Shown here piece after piece: positions 40,817-50,851 of a stretch of 64,000 bases of DNA; positions within the stretch are counted from its first letter, which is position 1; every line of letters begins with the position of its first letter. The DNA comes from an uncultured Chloroflexia bacterium (GTDB lineage: Bacteria; Chloroflexota; Chloroflexia; Thermomicrobiales; UBA6265), in assembly GCA_963724295.1 (NCBI GenBank), contig CAVRUC010000003.1:32001-96000 (forward strand), given 5' to 3'. The notes beneath the pieces are model-generated. The model was not told where the DNA came from. It was given only the letters and a program-made list of their open reading frames with translations, and searched no databases. The translations under genes and the position numbers were made by a program.

Positions 40817-41179
40817 ATGGCTGGACGACTCACCACCCACGTGCTCGACACGGTCCATGGCCGGCCAGCCGCGGGGATGGCCATCGAGCTCTACCGGATC
40901 GACCCCGAGAGCGACACGCGAGAGCGGTTGCACGTGGTGCGTACCAATGGCGAGGGTCGAACCGACGGCCCGCTGCTGGCCGGGGACGCCTTGCGCGCTG
41001 GCATCTACGAGCTCGTCTTCGGCCTGGGTGACTATTTCGCGGCGCTGGGGCGGGCGAACGCACCGATTCCCTTCCTGGACAGGGTGCCCATCCGCTTCGG
41101 CATTTCTGACCCGGACGCCAACTACCATATCCCGCTCCTGGCCACGCCCTGGGCCTACTCCACGTACCGTGGCAGCTAG
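40817..41179 (+). CDS. uraH: 5-hydroxyisourate hydrolase (transthyretin-like)
   Basis: [19 protein letters not shown] and C-terminal YRGS. Confidence 0.95.
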   Translation: MAGRLTTHVLDTVHGRPAAGMAIELYRIDPESDTRERLHVVRTNGEGRTDGPLLAGDALRAGIYELVFGLGDYFAALGRANAPIPFLDRVPIRFGISDPDANYHIPLLATPWAYSTYRGS

Positions 41180-42443
41180 CGCAACCGCTCACCCAGGGCC
41201 ACTCAGCATCGACGCCCACGCACAGCGCGTGATGGTCCGTTGCGATGAGCTGGCCCTCTTCACCGAGGAACCGGGGCGGATCACCCGGCCCTACGGCACA
41301 CCGTCTCTGTCCGCGGCGCGCGAGAGGGTCGCACAATGGATGCGTGAGGCGGGGATGGACGTCCGCATCGATGCTGTCGGCAACCTGCGTGGTCGAGCGC
41401 ACGGTTCCGACCCGGCCGTGCCTGCGCTCCTGCTCGGGAGTCATCTCGACAGCGTGCGTGATGCCGGCCGCTACGACGGTCCGCTCGGGATCCTCGTCGC
41501 CATCGAAGTCGTCGACCTGTTCCGCGAAAGACGACAGGCTCTCCCCGTCCCGCTCGAAGTGATCGCGTTCGCCGACGAAGAAGGACTCCGCTTCCAGACC
41601 ACGTATCTCGGAAGCTGCGCGCTGGCCGGATCCTTCGACCCAAGGTTCCTTGATCTCGTCGACGCCGACGGGATAACGCTGCGCGAGGCGTTGGGGACGT
41701 TTGACGGCGATCCGGGGGCGCTGGCCGGCGCGGCGTTGCGGCCCGGTGAAGCGCGGGCGTATGTCGAAGTCCACATCGAGCAGGGGCCGTACCTGGAATC
41801 CGTTGCCGCGCCCGTGGGAGTGGTGACGGCGATAGCCGGACAGAGCCGGATTCTGACCGCGTTTTCCGGGGAAGCGGGGCACGCTGGCACCGTGGCGATG
41901 CATCTCCGTCGCGATCCGCTCCCCGCGGCGGCCGAGATTGTCCTGGCGGCGGAGGATCTGGCACGACAGACCTCCGGGTTGCTCGCGACGGTGGGAACCA
42001 TGGACGTCACGCCCGGCGCCAGCAACGTCATTGCCGGTCAGGCTCGCTTCTCACTCGATGTCCGGCATCCCGAGGACCCAATCCGCGGCAACGCGGTAGC
42101 TACCTTGGAGCGACGAGCGCGCGAGGTCGCCGCGACCCGTTCTCTCGGCGTCGAGTGGAGGGTTGCACGGGACCACCCCGCCGTCCCCTGTGACGACTCG
42201 CTCACGACCCGGTTGGCCGAGGCAGTCGCGGCCGCGGGCCTGCCCGTCGAGCGGCTCCCCTCCGGGGCCGGGCACGACGCGGTAGTGATGTCCGAGGTCG
42301 TGCCGGTCGCCATGCTCTTCGTCCGATGCGCCGGGGGCATTAGCCATCACCCAGCAGAGTCGGTACTGACGAGCGATGTCGCGGCCGCGTGTGACGTTCT
42401 CGATCGGTTCGTCACCATGCTGGCGGACGAGAAGCGGGGATGA
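41169..42443 (+). CDS. allC: Allantoate amidohydrolase (M20 family)
   Basis: [41 protein letters not shown] and GISHHPAE. Lies in the purine catabolic cluster. Confidence 0.88.
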   Translation: MAASATAHPGPLSIDAHAQRVMVRCDELALFTEEPGRITRPYGTPSLSAARERVAQWMREAGMDVRIDAVGNLRGRAHGSDPAVPALLLGSHLDSVRDAGRYDGPLGILVAIEVVDLFRERRQALPVPLEVIAFADEEGLRFQTTYLGSCALAGSFDPRFLDLVDADGITLREALGTFDGDPGALAGAALRPGEARAYVEVHIEQGPYLESVAAPVGVVTAIAGQSRILTAFSGEAGHAGTVAMHLRRDPLPAAAEIVLAAEDLARQTSGLLATVGTMDVTPGASNVIAGQARFSLDVRHPEDPIRGNAVATLERRAREVAATRSLGVEWRVARDHPAVPCDDSLTTRLAEAVAAAGLPVERLPSGAGHDAVVMSEVVPVAMLFVRCAGGISHHPAESVLTSDVAAACDVLDRFVTMLADEKRG

Positions 42444-43822
42444 CCCAGTTCGACCTTCTCCTGCGCGGTGGCATCGTCGTGACTTCCGATGCTGACATCA
42501 TCGCGGACGTCGCGGTCAGCGACGGCGAGATCGTCGAGGTTTCACCCGAGATCATGGGCATGGCGCGTGAAGAAATCGATGCCCGCGGGCTACATGTCCT
42601 TCCGGGCGTTGTTGACGTCCACGTCCACTTCAACGAGCCAGGTCGGACCGAATGGGAGGGATGGGCAACTGGCTCGGCCGCCTGCGCGGTTGGCGGCACG
42701 ACGACCGTGGCTGAGATGCCACTCAATGCCCACCCGCCTACGCTCGATGGTCCGTCCTTCGACGCCAAACGAAACGCGGCCGAGGCGAGCTCCCAGGTCG
42801 ACTTCGCTCTCTGGGGCGGGCTGACGCCCGTCAACCTGGAGCGCATGGAGGAGCTGGCGGGGCGAGGCGTCATCGGGTTCAAGGCATTCATGTCGAGCTC
42901 CGGCATCGACGATTTCCCAATGGCCGACGACGCCACCCTGTTCGCCGGGATGCAGCGTGCGGCGGCGCTCGGCTTGCCGGTTGCCGTGCACGCGGAGAAC
43001 GACACGCTCACCGCGGCACTGGCGACGAGCGCCATCGCGACGGGGCGAGTCGGTGCCCGCGACTATCTCGCCTCGCGACCGGCAATTGCCGAGCTCGAGG
43101 CGATCGCGCGCGCCATCCTCTTCGCCAAGGAGACCGGGTGTGCCCTGCACGTCGTTCATGTCAGCACCGGGCGCGGCGCCGCGGAGATTGCCGCGGCTCG
43201 TGCCCGTGGGCTCGACGTCACGGCCGAGACCTGCCCCCACTATCTCGTGTTCGATGAGGACGACCTCGAGCGGCTCGGCGCGGTAGCCAAGTGCGCTCCC
43301 CCGCTGAGATCGCACTGCGAGGTCGATCTGCTCTGGCATGCTCTCGCGCGGGGCGATATTCAGGCCGTCGCCTCCGATCACTCCCCCGCCCCGGCGAGCA
43401 TGAAGACCGGTGATGATTTCTTTCGCATCTGGGGTGGTATCTCCGGTTGTCAGTCACTGCTGACGTCGCTCCTCTCTGAGGGTCATATCGCGCGTGAGAT
43501 CCCGTTGTCATCACTGGTGTCGATGGTGGCCGGCGCCCCCGCCGGCCGTTTCCGGATGGCCGGAAAAGGCCGCGTCGCCCCGGGATACGATGCCGACCTC
43601 ATCCTGGTCGATCTGGGCGAGCGGTTCACCCTGCGTGAACAGGAACTGCAGTACCGGCACAAGCACAGCCCGTTCGTTGGCATGACGTTCGCTGCCCGAC
43701 CGAGACGCACGATCCTGCGCGGGCAAACCGTGGCGATGGACGGAACGGCTGTGGGCGCGCCATGCGGCCGGCTGGTGACGCCTGCCATGCCGGTGCCTGT
43801 ACCTTTACCGGCGAACACGTGA
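42440..43822 (+). CDS. allB: Allantoinase
   Basis: DVHVHFNEPGRTEWEG, MPLN, GFKAFM, VHAEN, ETCPHYL, KCAPPLR, SDHSP and WGGISG. Confidence 0.93.
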   Translation: MTQFDLLLRGGIVVTSDADIIADVAVSDGEIVEVSPEIMGMAREEIDARGLHVLPGVVDVHVHFNEPGRTEWEGWATGSAACAVGGTTTVAEMPLNAHPPTLDGPSFDAKRNAAEASSQVDFALWGGLTPVNLERMEELAGRGVIGFKAFMSSSGIDDFPMADDATLFAGMQRAAALGLPVAVHAENDTLTAALATSAIATGRVGARDYLASRPAIAELEAIARAILFAKETGCALHVVHVSTGRGAAEIAAARARGLDVTAETCPHYLVFDEDDLERLGAVAKCAPPLRSHCEVDLLWHALARGDIQAVASDHSPAPASMKTGDDFFRIWGGISGCQSLLTSLLSEGHIAREIPLSSLVSMVAGAPAGRFRMAGKGRVAPGYDADLILVDLGERFTLREQELQYRHKHSPFVGMTFAARPRRTILRGQTVAMDGTAVGAPCGRLVTPAMPVPVPLPANT

Positions 43823-43859
43823 GCAACGCGCCGCTCAGGCCGCAACGGGGTCCGTTTCA

Positions 43860-45275
43860 ATGTGGCAGCAGTACTTTCAACCACAAGGCCTCGACGACGC
43901 ACTCGCCCTCCGGGCGCATTACGGTGAGGGCGCGCGGATCGTGGCGGGTGGCACGGACGTCGTCGTTGAGCTCTCGCGCGGCATCCGGCCGACGTCGATC
44001 CTGATCGACGTCACCGCGATCCCCGGTCTTCGCCGCATCGGCTTGACCGAAGGGATCATCTCGCTCGGAGCGTTAACCACGCACAACGACGTCGTCGCCT
44101 CGCCGCTCTGTCGCCAGCGAGCGTTGCCACTTGCCCAGGCCTGCTGGGAAGTGGGCGCGCCACAGATTCGCGCCCGAGGCACCATCGCCGGCAATCTCAT
44201 CACCGCGTCGCCGGCCAACGACACGATCACGCCGCTCGTGGCGCTCGACGCCGAGATCGTGTTGCTCAGGGCGGGCGGCGAGCGAGTCGTGCGGCTCGAG
44301 GATTTCTATCTCGGCGTGCGGCGGACTGCGCTCGCCCCGGACGAGCTCCTGCGAGAGATCCGCTTCCCGGCCATGCGCCAGAACCAGCGCGGTCGCTTCG
44401 TCAAGCTCGGGTTGCGCCGGGCGCAGGCCATCTCGGTCATCGACGCCGCGGTTGTCTTGACCTTCGCTGGACCCAGGGTAGACGAGGCCAGGATCGCACT
44501 CGGCTCACTTGCACCGACCATCGTCCGAGCTGGAACGGCCGAGGACTTCCTCATCGGTAAGACGCTGACGCCCGAGGTCTGTTCCGAGGCGGCGGCGCTG
44601 GCTTGCGCGGCCGTGGCGCCAATCGACGACATCCGCGGCACCGCGACCTACCGCCTGCAAACGCTCCACAACCTTCTCGCCCGCACGCTGGAGGAGCTGG
44701 GGCGGCGCGATCTGCCGCCCGGCATTCCGGACGACCCGGTGCTTCTCGATACGAATCCGGCCGAGGCGGACCGGCTCTCGCCTGGGGGAGAGCCTTTCGC
44801 GGGTACGATCAAGACCCGTATCAATGGCCGGTCGATGGAATTGCGGACATCGACCGCCTGCACCCTCCTTGACGCCTTGCGGAACGAAGCCGGGCTCACC
44901 GGCACCAAGGAGGGCTGCGCGGAAGGGGAATGCGGCGCCTGCACGGTCTGGCTCGATGGGCAGGCGGTCATGGCCTGCCTCGTCCCCGCGCCCCAGGCTC
45001 ACAATGCCGACGTGGTCACCATCGAGGGTCTGGCGGCACTTAACGGAAATGCTCCGAACGATCTCCATCCGTTGCAGCAGACATTCATCGATCGTGGCGC
45101 GGTGCAATGCGGCTACTGCATCCCGGGCATGCTGATGGCCGGCGCCAAGCTCCTGCAGGAGCGGCCAACCCCTGACTTACCGGCGATCGAGATCGCCCTC
45201 AGCGGCAATATCTGCCGCTGCACCGGCTATCGCAAGATCTTCGACGCCGTCCAGGCGGCGGGAAACTACTCGTGA
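43860..45275 (+). CDS. Xanthine-dehydrogenase-family FAD-binding subunit fused to a C-terminal 2x[2Fe-2S] domain
   Basis: AGGTD, PQIRARGTIAGN (FAD). GCAEGECGACTV, QCGYCIPG and GNICRCTGY (FeS). Confidence 0.9.
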   Translation: MWQQYFQPQGLDDALALRAHYGEGARIVAGGTDVVVELSRGIRPTSILIDVTAIPGLRRIGLTEGIISLGALTTHNDVVASPLCRQRALPLAQACWEVGAPQIRARGTIAGNLITASPANDTITPLVALDAEIVLLRAGGERVVRLEDFYLGVRRTALAPDELLREIRFPAMRQNQRGRFVKLGLRRAQAISVIDAAVVLTFAGPRVDEARIALGSLAPTIVRAGTAEDFLIGKTLTPEVCSEAAALACAAVAPIDDIRGTATYRLQTLHNLLARTLEELGRRDLPPGIPDDPVLLDTNPAEADRLSPGGEPFAGTIKTRINGRSMELRTSTACTLLDALRNEAGLTGTKEGCAEGECGACTVWLDGQAVMACLVPAPQAHNADVVTIEGLAALNGNAPNDLHPLQQTFIDRGAVQCGYCIPGMLMAGAKLLQERPTPDLPAIEIALSGNICRCTGYRKIFDAVQAAGNYS

Positions 45276-47482
45276 CGCGCACCAGTGTGATCGGGCAGCC
45301 ACTGCCGCGACATGACGCGCTCGCCAAGGTCACCGGCGCGGCGCGCTACCCTGGTGATCTCCTCACCGCCGACACGTTGCACTTGAAGGTCGTCTACGCG
45401 GGACGCCCCCACGCTCGGATCGTACATATTGACTCGTCCGCGGCGATTGCCGCACCGGGCGTGGTCGCCGTTTTGACAGCCGCCGATGTGCCCTACAACG
45501 CCTTTGGCTTGATCGACCACGACCAGCCGGTCCTCTGCGCGGATCGCGTCCGCTTCGCCGGGGACAAGGTTGCCGTCGTCGTGGCCGAGACGAACGAGGC
45601 GGCCGAGTCAGGCGCGCGGCTGGTCGCCATCACCTACGAGGACCTACCGGCGGTGACCGATCCCCGAGACGCGCTGGCCCCGGACGCGCCGCTCGTGCAC
45701 GCGACGCGCGGTTCGAACCTGCTGGCGCGCATCCCGATCCGTAAAGGCGACGTCGAAGCCGGGTTCAGGGACGCGGACGTCGTGCTCGACGGGGAGTTCG
45801 CGACGTCCTGGCAAGAGCATGCGTTCCTGCAGCCCGAAGCCGGCATCGCCTACGTCGACGAGGCGGGGCGGGTCGTCATCGAGACCGCCGGGCAGTGGCT
45901 GCATGAGGATCGCAAGCAAATCGCCCAGATGCTGGGGCTCCCTGAAGAGCAGGTCGTCGTCCGTTACGCGGCTATCGGCGGCGCCTTCGGCGGACGCGAG
46001 GATCTCTCGGTGCAACACCTCCTGGCGCTGGCGGCGTGGAAGCTGCAACGGCGCGTCGGCATCATCTGGAGTCGCGAGGAATCGATCATCGCCCACCACA
46101 AGCGACACCCCTTCCGCATTCGTTGCCGCTGGGGTGTGACGCGCGTTGGGCGCATCACCGCCGTTCAAGCCGAGGTGCTCGCCGACGGCGGCGCCTACGC
46201 CTCGACCAGCGCCGAGGTGACGAAGGTTGCCACGCTCTTCGCCTCAGGCGTCTACGAGATTCCCAACATCGCGGTCGAGGGCAAGGCCGTCTATACGAAC
46301 AACATTCCCTCCGGTGCGTTTCGCGGGTTCGGTGCGCCGCAAGCGCAGTTCGCCGCCGAGATCATGGTCACCCGCCTCGCCCACGCCATTGGCATGGATC
46401 CCGTCGAGCTCCGGCGCCGGAATATTTATCGCGAGGGCAGCATCGAGCCGACCCAGCAGCCACTACCGCCTGGAGTGAGCGCGCTACCGGTGCTGGAGCG
46501 CTGCGTCGAGGAGGCCCAATCCCGGTTCGGTGCATTGGGTCTTGCGGGCAAGGTTGATGCGACCCGCCCATGGATCCGGCGCGGCATCGGCTTCGCCGCG
46601 GGGATGAAGAACCTGGGGTACTCCTTCGGCTTTCCCGAGCAATCGACGGCGACGGTCGAAGTCCGGGGCCGGGGCGAAGTGGAGAACGCGGTAGTTCGGG
46701 TCGGCGCCGCCGACGTCGGCCAGGGCTCGCACCTGGCGCTGCGCCAGATTGCTTCGGAAGTGCTCGGTCTCCCGCCCGATCGCATCGAGATGATCACCGA
46801 CGACTCGTCAGAGGCGCCGAACGCCGGCAGTGCCTCTGCATCACGACTGACATTGATGGCCGGTCGAGCCGTGCACGACGCCGCCGCGAAGGCGCTCGAG
46901 CACTACCGCGCCAGCGACGACGAGCGCGTCGAGGCGACCGTCCAGTTCCGACCCGCGGCGACCACGATGCTTTCGGACGACGACGGGTCCGGCATCCCGA
47001 ACTATTGCTACGGCTACGCGGCGCAGGCTGTCGAAGTCGAGGTCAACACCCTGACCGGGCAGGTGCGAGTCACCCGTATCATCAGCGTTCATGACGTGGG
47101 GCGAGCCGTGAACATGCAGCAGGTGGAGGGGCAGATCGAGGGCTGTCTGGCGCAGGCTGTCGGCTACGCGCTGCTCGAGGAGCTGAAGACCCGGGATGGC
47201 ATCATCCTCACCCCCCACTTCAGCACGTATCTCCTCCCGACCGCGCTCGACATGCCGGAGGAGATCGTACCGGTCGTGCTGGAGCTGGCAGACCAGCACG
47301 GCCCCTTCGGCGCGCGCGGGGTCGCCGAGATGCCGCTCGTGCCGTTTCTACCCGCGGTTGCGTCCGCCATCCACGACGCGGTTGGTGTCTGGCTCACCGA
47401 GCAGCCGTTCACCCCGGAGCGGGTGCTGGCCTCGCTTTCAGCGCCGGGCCGGGTCTCCGGAAATGCTGCGGCGGCTGATTAG
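45272..47482 (+). CDS. Xanthine-dehydrogenase-family molybdopterin-binding subunit
   Basis: IGGAFGG, AFRGFGAPQ, DVGQG, SASASR, QVEGQIEG and GARGVAE (catalytic-Glu region). Confidence 0.92.
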   Translation: MTRTSVIGQPLPRHDALAKVTGAARYPGDLLTADTLHLKVVYAGRPHARIVHIDSSAAIAAPGVVAVLTAADVPYNAFGLIDHDQPVLCADRVRFAGDKVAVVVAETNEAAESGARLVAITYEDLPAVTDPRDALAPDAPLVHATRGSNLLARIPIRKGDVEAGFRDADVVLDGEFATSWQEHAFLQPEAGIAYVDEAGRVVIETAGQWLHEDRKQIAQMLGLPEEQVVVRYAAIGGAFGGREDLSVQHLLALAAWKLQRRVGIIWSREESIIAHHKRHPFRIRCRWGVTRVGRITAVQAEVLADGGAYASTSAEVTKVATLFASGVYEIPNIAVEGKAVYTNNIPSGAFRGFGAPQAQFAAEIMVTRLAHAIGMDPVELRRRNIYREGSIEPTQQPLPPGVSALPVLERCVEEAQSRFGALGLAGKVDATRPWIRRGIGFAAGMKNLGYSFGFPEQSTATVEVRGRGEVENAVVRVGAADVGQGSHLALRQIASEVLGLPPDRIEMITDDSSEAPNAGSASASRLTLMAGRAVHDAAAKALEHYRASDDERVEATVQFRPAATTMLSDDDGSGIPNYCYGYAAQAVEVEVNTLTGQVRVTRIISVHDVGRAVNMQQVEGQIEGCLAQAVGYALLEELKTRDGIILTPHFSTYLLPTALDMPEEIVPVVLELADQHGPFGARGVAEMPLVPFLPAVASAIHDAVGVWLTEQPFTPERVLASLSAPGRVSGNAAAAD

Positions 47483-47567
47483 TCGGCGCCGCATTGGTGA
47501 CCGTGCGCTTACCGCATAGACTCGCATTTGGCAATGATTGGTCATCATCCGGGAAGGGAGCGCCCGC

Positions 47568-47984
47568 TTGAGTCAACTGTTGCGGATCACCGCGGGACCA
47601 TATGAATTCGTGGCCCGCCTGGAAGAAGCGGCCGCGCCGAAAACCTGCGCCGCGTTCCTGCCGCGCCTGCCCTTCCGGAACCAGATGATTCACGTCCGCT
47701 GGAGCGGCGAATCGACATGGATTCCTTTGGGCGACTTCGACTTCGGCGTCGGTTTCGAGAACGCCACCAGCTATCCCGCCCCGGGGCAGGTGCTTCTCTA
47801 TCCCGGGGGCTACAGCGAGACGGAGATCCTGTTCCCCTACGGCGCTTGCTGCTTCGCATCGAAGATGGGCCAGCTCGCCGGGAATCATTTCCTGACCATC
47901 GTCGAGGGGAATGAGAATCTGGTCGCGATTGGCATCCTGTGCCTCCGGGAGGGCGCGCAGGACGTCGTCTTCGAGCACGCCTAG
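47568..47984 (+). CDS. DUF3830-like (cyclophilin-fold) protein
   Basis: APKTC, IHVRWSGE, ENATSYPAPG...YPGG.SETEIL.PYG and FASKMGQLAGNHF match my recollection of this family. TTG start after GGGAG. Confidence 0.75.
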   Translation: MSQLLRITAGPYEFVARLEEAAAPKTCAAFLPRLPFRNQMIHVRWSGESTWIPLGDFDFGVGFENATSYPAPGQVLLYPGGYSETEILFPYGACCFASKMGQLAGNHFLTIVEGNENLVAIGILCLREGAQDVVFEHA

Positions 47985-48076
47985 CGCGGGTGCCCGTGCG
48001 AGGTGCAATAATGCGTGCGATTTCCAATACCGCGCCGTCGCGGTCTGAAACTCAGCAGTCACGAAGGAGAAACCGT

Positions 48077-49192
48077 ATGGTCCGGCGGGGTCTTGTCGTT
48101 GCGCTTTCCGTCCTGTTTCTGATCGGTGGGCTAGTCACCTCGCGTGCCGGCGTCAACGCGCAGGACGCCACGCCGGCCGGCGAGCCGATCAAAGTCGGGT
48201 TCGTCTATGTCGGCCCAGTCGGAGATCTTGGTTGGACCTACGCCCACGATCAGGGGCGGCTCGCACTCGAAGAAGCGCTGCCAAACGTCGAGACCGGCTA
48301 CCAGGAGAACGTCCCCGAGAATCCGGCTGACGCCGAGCGGGTGATCCGCCAGTTCGCCCAGGATGGTTACAACGTCATCTTCACGACGTCATTCGGCTAC
48401 ATGGATCCGACGATCAACGTCGCCAAGGATTTTCCCGATACGACCTTCATTCACATCTCCGGGTTCAAGACTGCTGAAAATGTCGGCACGGGCTTCGGCA
48501 AGATCGAGGAGCCGCGCTTCGTCTCCGGTCAACTCGCCGGAGCGATGACGGAGTCCAACCAGATTGGCTACGTTGCCGCCTTCCCGATCCCCGAGGTCAT
48601 TCGCGGCATCAACGCGTTTACGCTCGGCGTGCGCGAGGCAAACCCTGAAGCGACCGTGCGGGTGGTGTGGACCAACACCTGGTTCGATCCGGCCAAGGAG
48701 CGGGCAGCGGCCGAGGCGCTCCTCGACGGCGGCGCGGACGTGATCGCCCAGCACCAGGACACCGCCGGCCCGCAGCAGGCGGCCGAGGAGCGCGGCCTCT
48801 ACGGCGTCGGCTACAACGCGGACATGGCACCGCTCGCGCCCGACGCCGTCATCACGTCGGCGATCTGGAACTGGGGCCCGTACTACATCGACATCGTCGA
48901 GCGTGTCATGGACGGCACCTGGGAATCAGAGCAGTACTGGGGTGGCTGGCAGGACGGCGTCGTCGACCTGGCTCCGATCGCCGAGTTCGTCCCGGAAGAG
49001 ATCCGCACGGCCGCCGAGGAAGAGGTCGCCCGCTTCAAGAGCGGCGAGGAAACCATCTACACGATCTTCACCGGACCGATAGCGGACCAGACTGGCGAGA
49101 TCCGCGTGCCTGAAGGCCAGTCCATGACCGACGAAGAGCTCCTCAGCATGGACTGGTTCGTCGAGGGAGTTGAGGGCGAAATCCCGAGCTGA
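48077..49192 (+). CDS. BMP-family (purine/nucleoside) ABC substrate-binding protein
   Basis: AAGGAG RBS, signal peptide, GFVYVGPVGD.GWTYAHD, IPEVIRGINAF and WFDP. Confidence 0.92.
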   Translation: MVRRGLVVALSVLFLIGGLVTSRAGVNAQDATPAGEPIKVGFVYVGPVGDLGWTYAHDQGRLALEEALPNVETGYQENVPENPADAERVIRQFAQDGYNVIFTTSFGYMDPTINVAKDFPDTTFIHISGFKTAENVGTGFGKIEEPRFVSGQLAGAMTESNQIGYVAAFPIPEVIRGINAFTLGVREANPEATVRVVWTNTWFDPAKERAAAEALLDGGADVIAQHQDTAGPQQAAEERGLYGVGYNADMAPLAPDAVITSAIWNWGPYYIDIVERVMDGTWESEQYWGGWQDGVVDLAPIAEFVPEEIRTAAEEEVARFKSGEETIYTIFTGPIADQTGEIRVPEGQSMTDEELLSMDWFVEGVEGEIPS

Positions 49193-49199
49193 CGCTCCG

Positions 49200-49299
49200 G
49201 GTGATGGGTGATAGGTGATGGGTGTTAGGGTGAGGCGAGGATGACCCTATCGGCTTCGTCTATACCCCATCACCCAAGACCCCATCATCCCGACACCCC
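49200..49299. repeat. GGTGAT[G/A] heptamer array with a complementary degenerate array flanking the ATPase start
   Basis: ggtgatg ggtgata ggtgatg ggtgtta gggtgag (49200-34), then cccatcacccaagaccccatcatcccgacacccc (49266-99). Confidence 0.7.
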
Positions 49300-50851
49300 C
49301 GTCCCACCCGCGGTCGCGATGCGCGACATCAGTAAGCGCTTCGGGCCGGTGGTGGCCAACGATCACGTCGATTTTAAGGCGTCCTGGGGTGAAGTTCACG
49401 CCCTGATCGGCGAGAACGGCGCCGGCAAGTCGACGCTGATGAGCATCCTGGCCGGGCTCTACAGGCCGGACAGTGGTCAGGTCGAGATCGACGGCATGCC
49501 GGTCCGGTTGCGGTCGCCCCGCGACGCGATTGCGCAGGGCGTCGGCATGGTCTACCAGCACTTCATGCTCGTCGAGCCGTTCACGGTTGCGGAAAACGTC
49601 GTGCTCGGCGAACAGCGATCAGGCGTCGACTTGCAGACGTCGCGGGTCGAGCGGGAGCTAGCCTCGCTGAGCGAGCGATATGGTCTCGGCGTCGATCCGC
49701 GAGCGAGGATCTGGCAGCTCTCCGTCGGCGAGCAGCAGCGGGTGGAGATCCTGCGTCTGCTCTATCTCGGTGCGCGCATCCTCGTGTTCGACGAGCCAAC
49801 CGCCGTCCTCACGCCACAGGAGGCCCAGCGTCTGGTTCAGACGCTCCGCGGCATGGCGGCGCAGGGCTTTTGCGTCGTGTTCATCTCGCACAAACTCGAC
49901 GAAGTGCTCGAGGTCGCTGATCGTGTCAGCGTCCTTCGCCGGGGTCAGGTCGTGGCGACAACCCCGCCGGCCGAAACCGACCGCCGCACGCTGGCCCGGC
50001 TCATGGTGGGGCGCGAGCTGGCCGATTTCGTCGAGCATCCCACGGAAGAACCGCACGAGGTCGTAACGCCCGGGGAGACAGTTCTGGAGCTGCGCGGCGT
50101 TGGCGCCCTTGGGGACAAAGGAGTGCCGGCCTTGCGGGATATCGATCTGGAGGTCAGCGCGGGCGAAACGCTCGGTATCGCTGGCGTTGCCGGCAATGGG
50201 CAGCGTGAGCTGGCCGAGGTCGTGACCGGGCTCCGGCCGGCGACTGACGGGGCCATCCGGATCGACGGCAAGACGATGACCAACCGGCCGGCGGCGGAGA
50301 TCGCCCGCGCCGGTGTCGCGCATATCCCCGAAGATCGCCTGGCAACGGGGCTAATCGGCGGCATGGATCTCTCCGAAAACGCCATCCTGCGCGACTACGC
50401 GGAGCCACCGCTGTGCAGCGGTCCGTTCCTCTCGACCAGGGCTGTCGCGTCCTTCACTGACCGCCTCATCGCCGATCACGACGTGAAGACGCCGGGTCGT
50501 TGGGCCAAGCTGCGCACGCTCTCCGGTGGGAATCAGCAAAAGCTCCTCCTCGCCCGCGAGCTTTCCGGTCAACCCCGTCTCATCGTCGCGGTCCATCCCA
50601 CCCGCGGCGTCGACGTTGGCGCCACCGAAGCGATCCACGAGGCATTGCGCAAGCAGCGGACGCGCGGCGCTGCCACCCTGCTCATCTCCGAGGACCTGGA
50701 CGAGCTTCTCGCGCTCTCAGACCGAATCGCGGTCCTCTTCGATGGTCGCGTGATGGGCGTTCTGCCCGCCCGCGAGGCCGATCTGGAGGAGATCGGTCTG
50801 CTCATGGCAGGCGTCGGAAGTCAGGAATCGGACGTCGGCAGCCATGTCTAG
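49241..50851 (+). CDS. Nucleoside/purine ABC transporter ATP-binding protein (two NBDs)
   Basis: GENGAGKST, LSVGEQQRVEI, DEPTAVL, LSGGNQQK and ISEDLDE. Confidence 0.93.
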   Translation: MTLSASSIPHHPRPHHPDTPVPPAVAMRDISKRFGPVVANDHVDFKASWGEVHALIGENGAGKSTLMSILAGLYRPDSGQVEIDGMPVRLRSPRDAIAQGVGMVYQHFMLVEPFTVAENVVLGEQRSGVDLQTSRVERELASLSERYGLGVDPRARIWQLSVGEQQRVEILRLLYLGARILVFDEPTAVLTPQEAQRLVQTLRGMAAQGFCVVFISHKLDEVLEVADRVSVLRRGQVVATTPPAETDRRTLARLMVGRELADFVEHPTEEPHEVVTPGETVLELRGVGALGDKGVPALRDIDLEVSAGETLGIAGVAGNGQRELAEVVTGLRPATDGAIRIDGKTMTNRPAAEIARAGVAHIPEDRLATGLIGGMDLSENAILRDYAEPPLCSGPFLSTRAVASFTDRLIADHDVKTPGRWAKLRTLSGGNQQKLLLARELSGQPRLIVAVHPTRGVDVGATEAIHEALRKQRTRGAATLLISEDLDELLALSDRIAVLFDGRVMGVLPAREADLEEIGLLMAGVGSQESDVGSHV

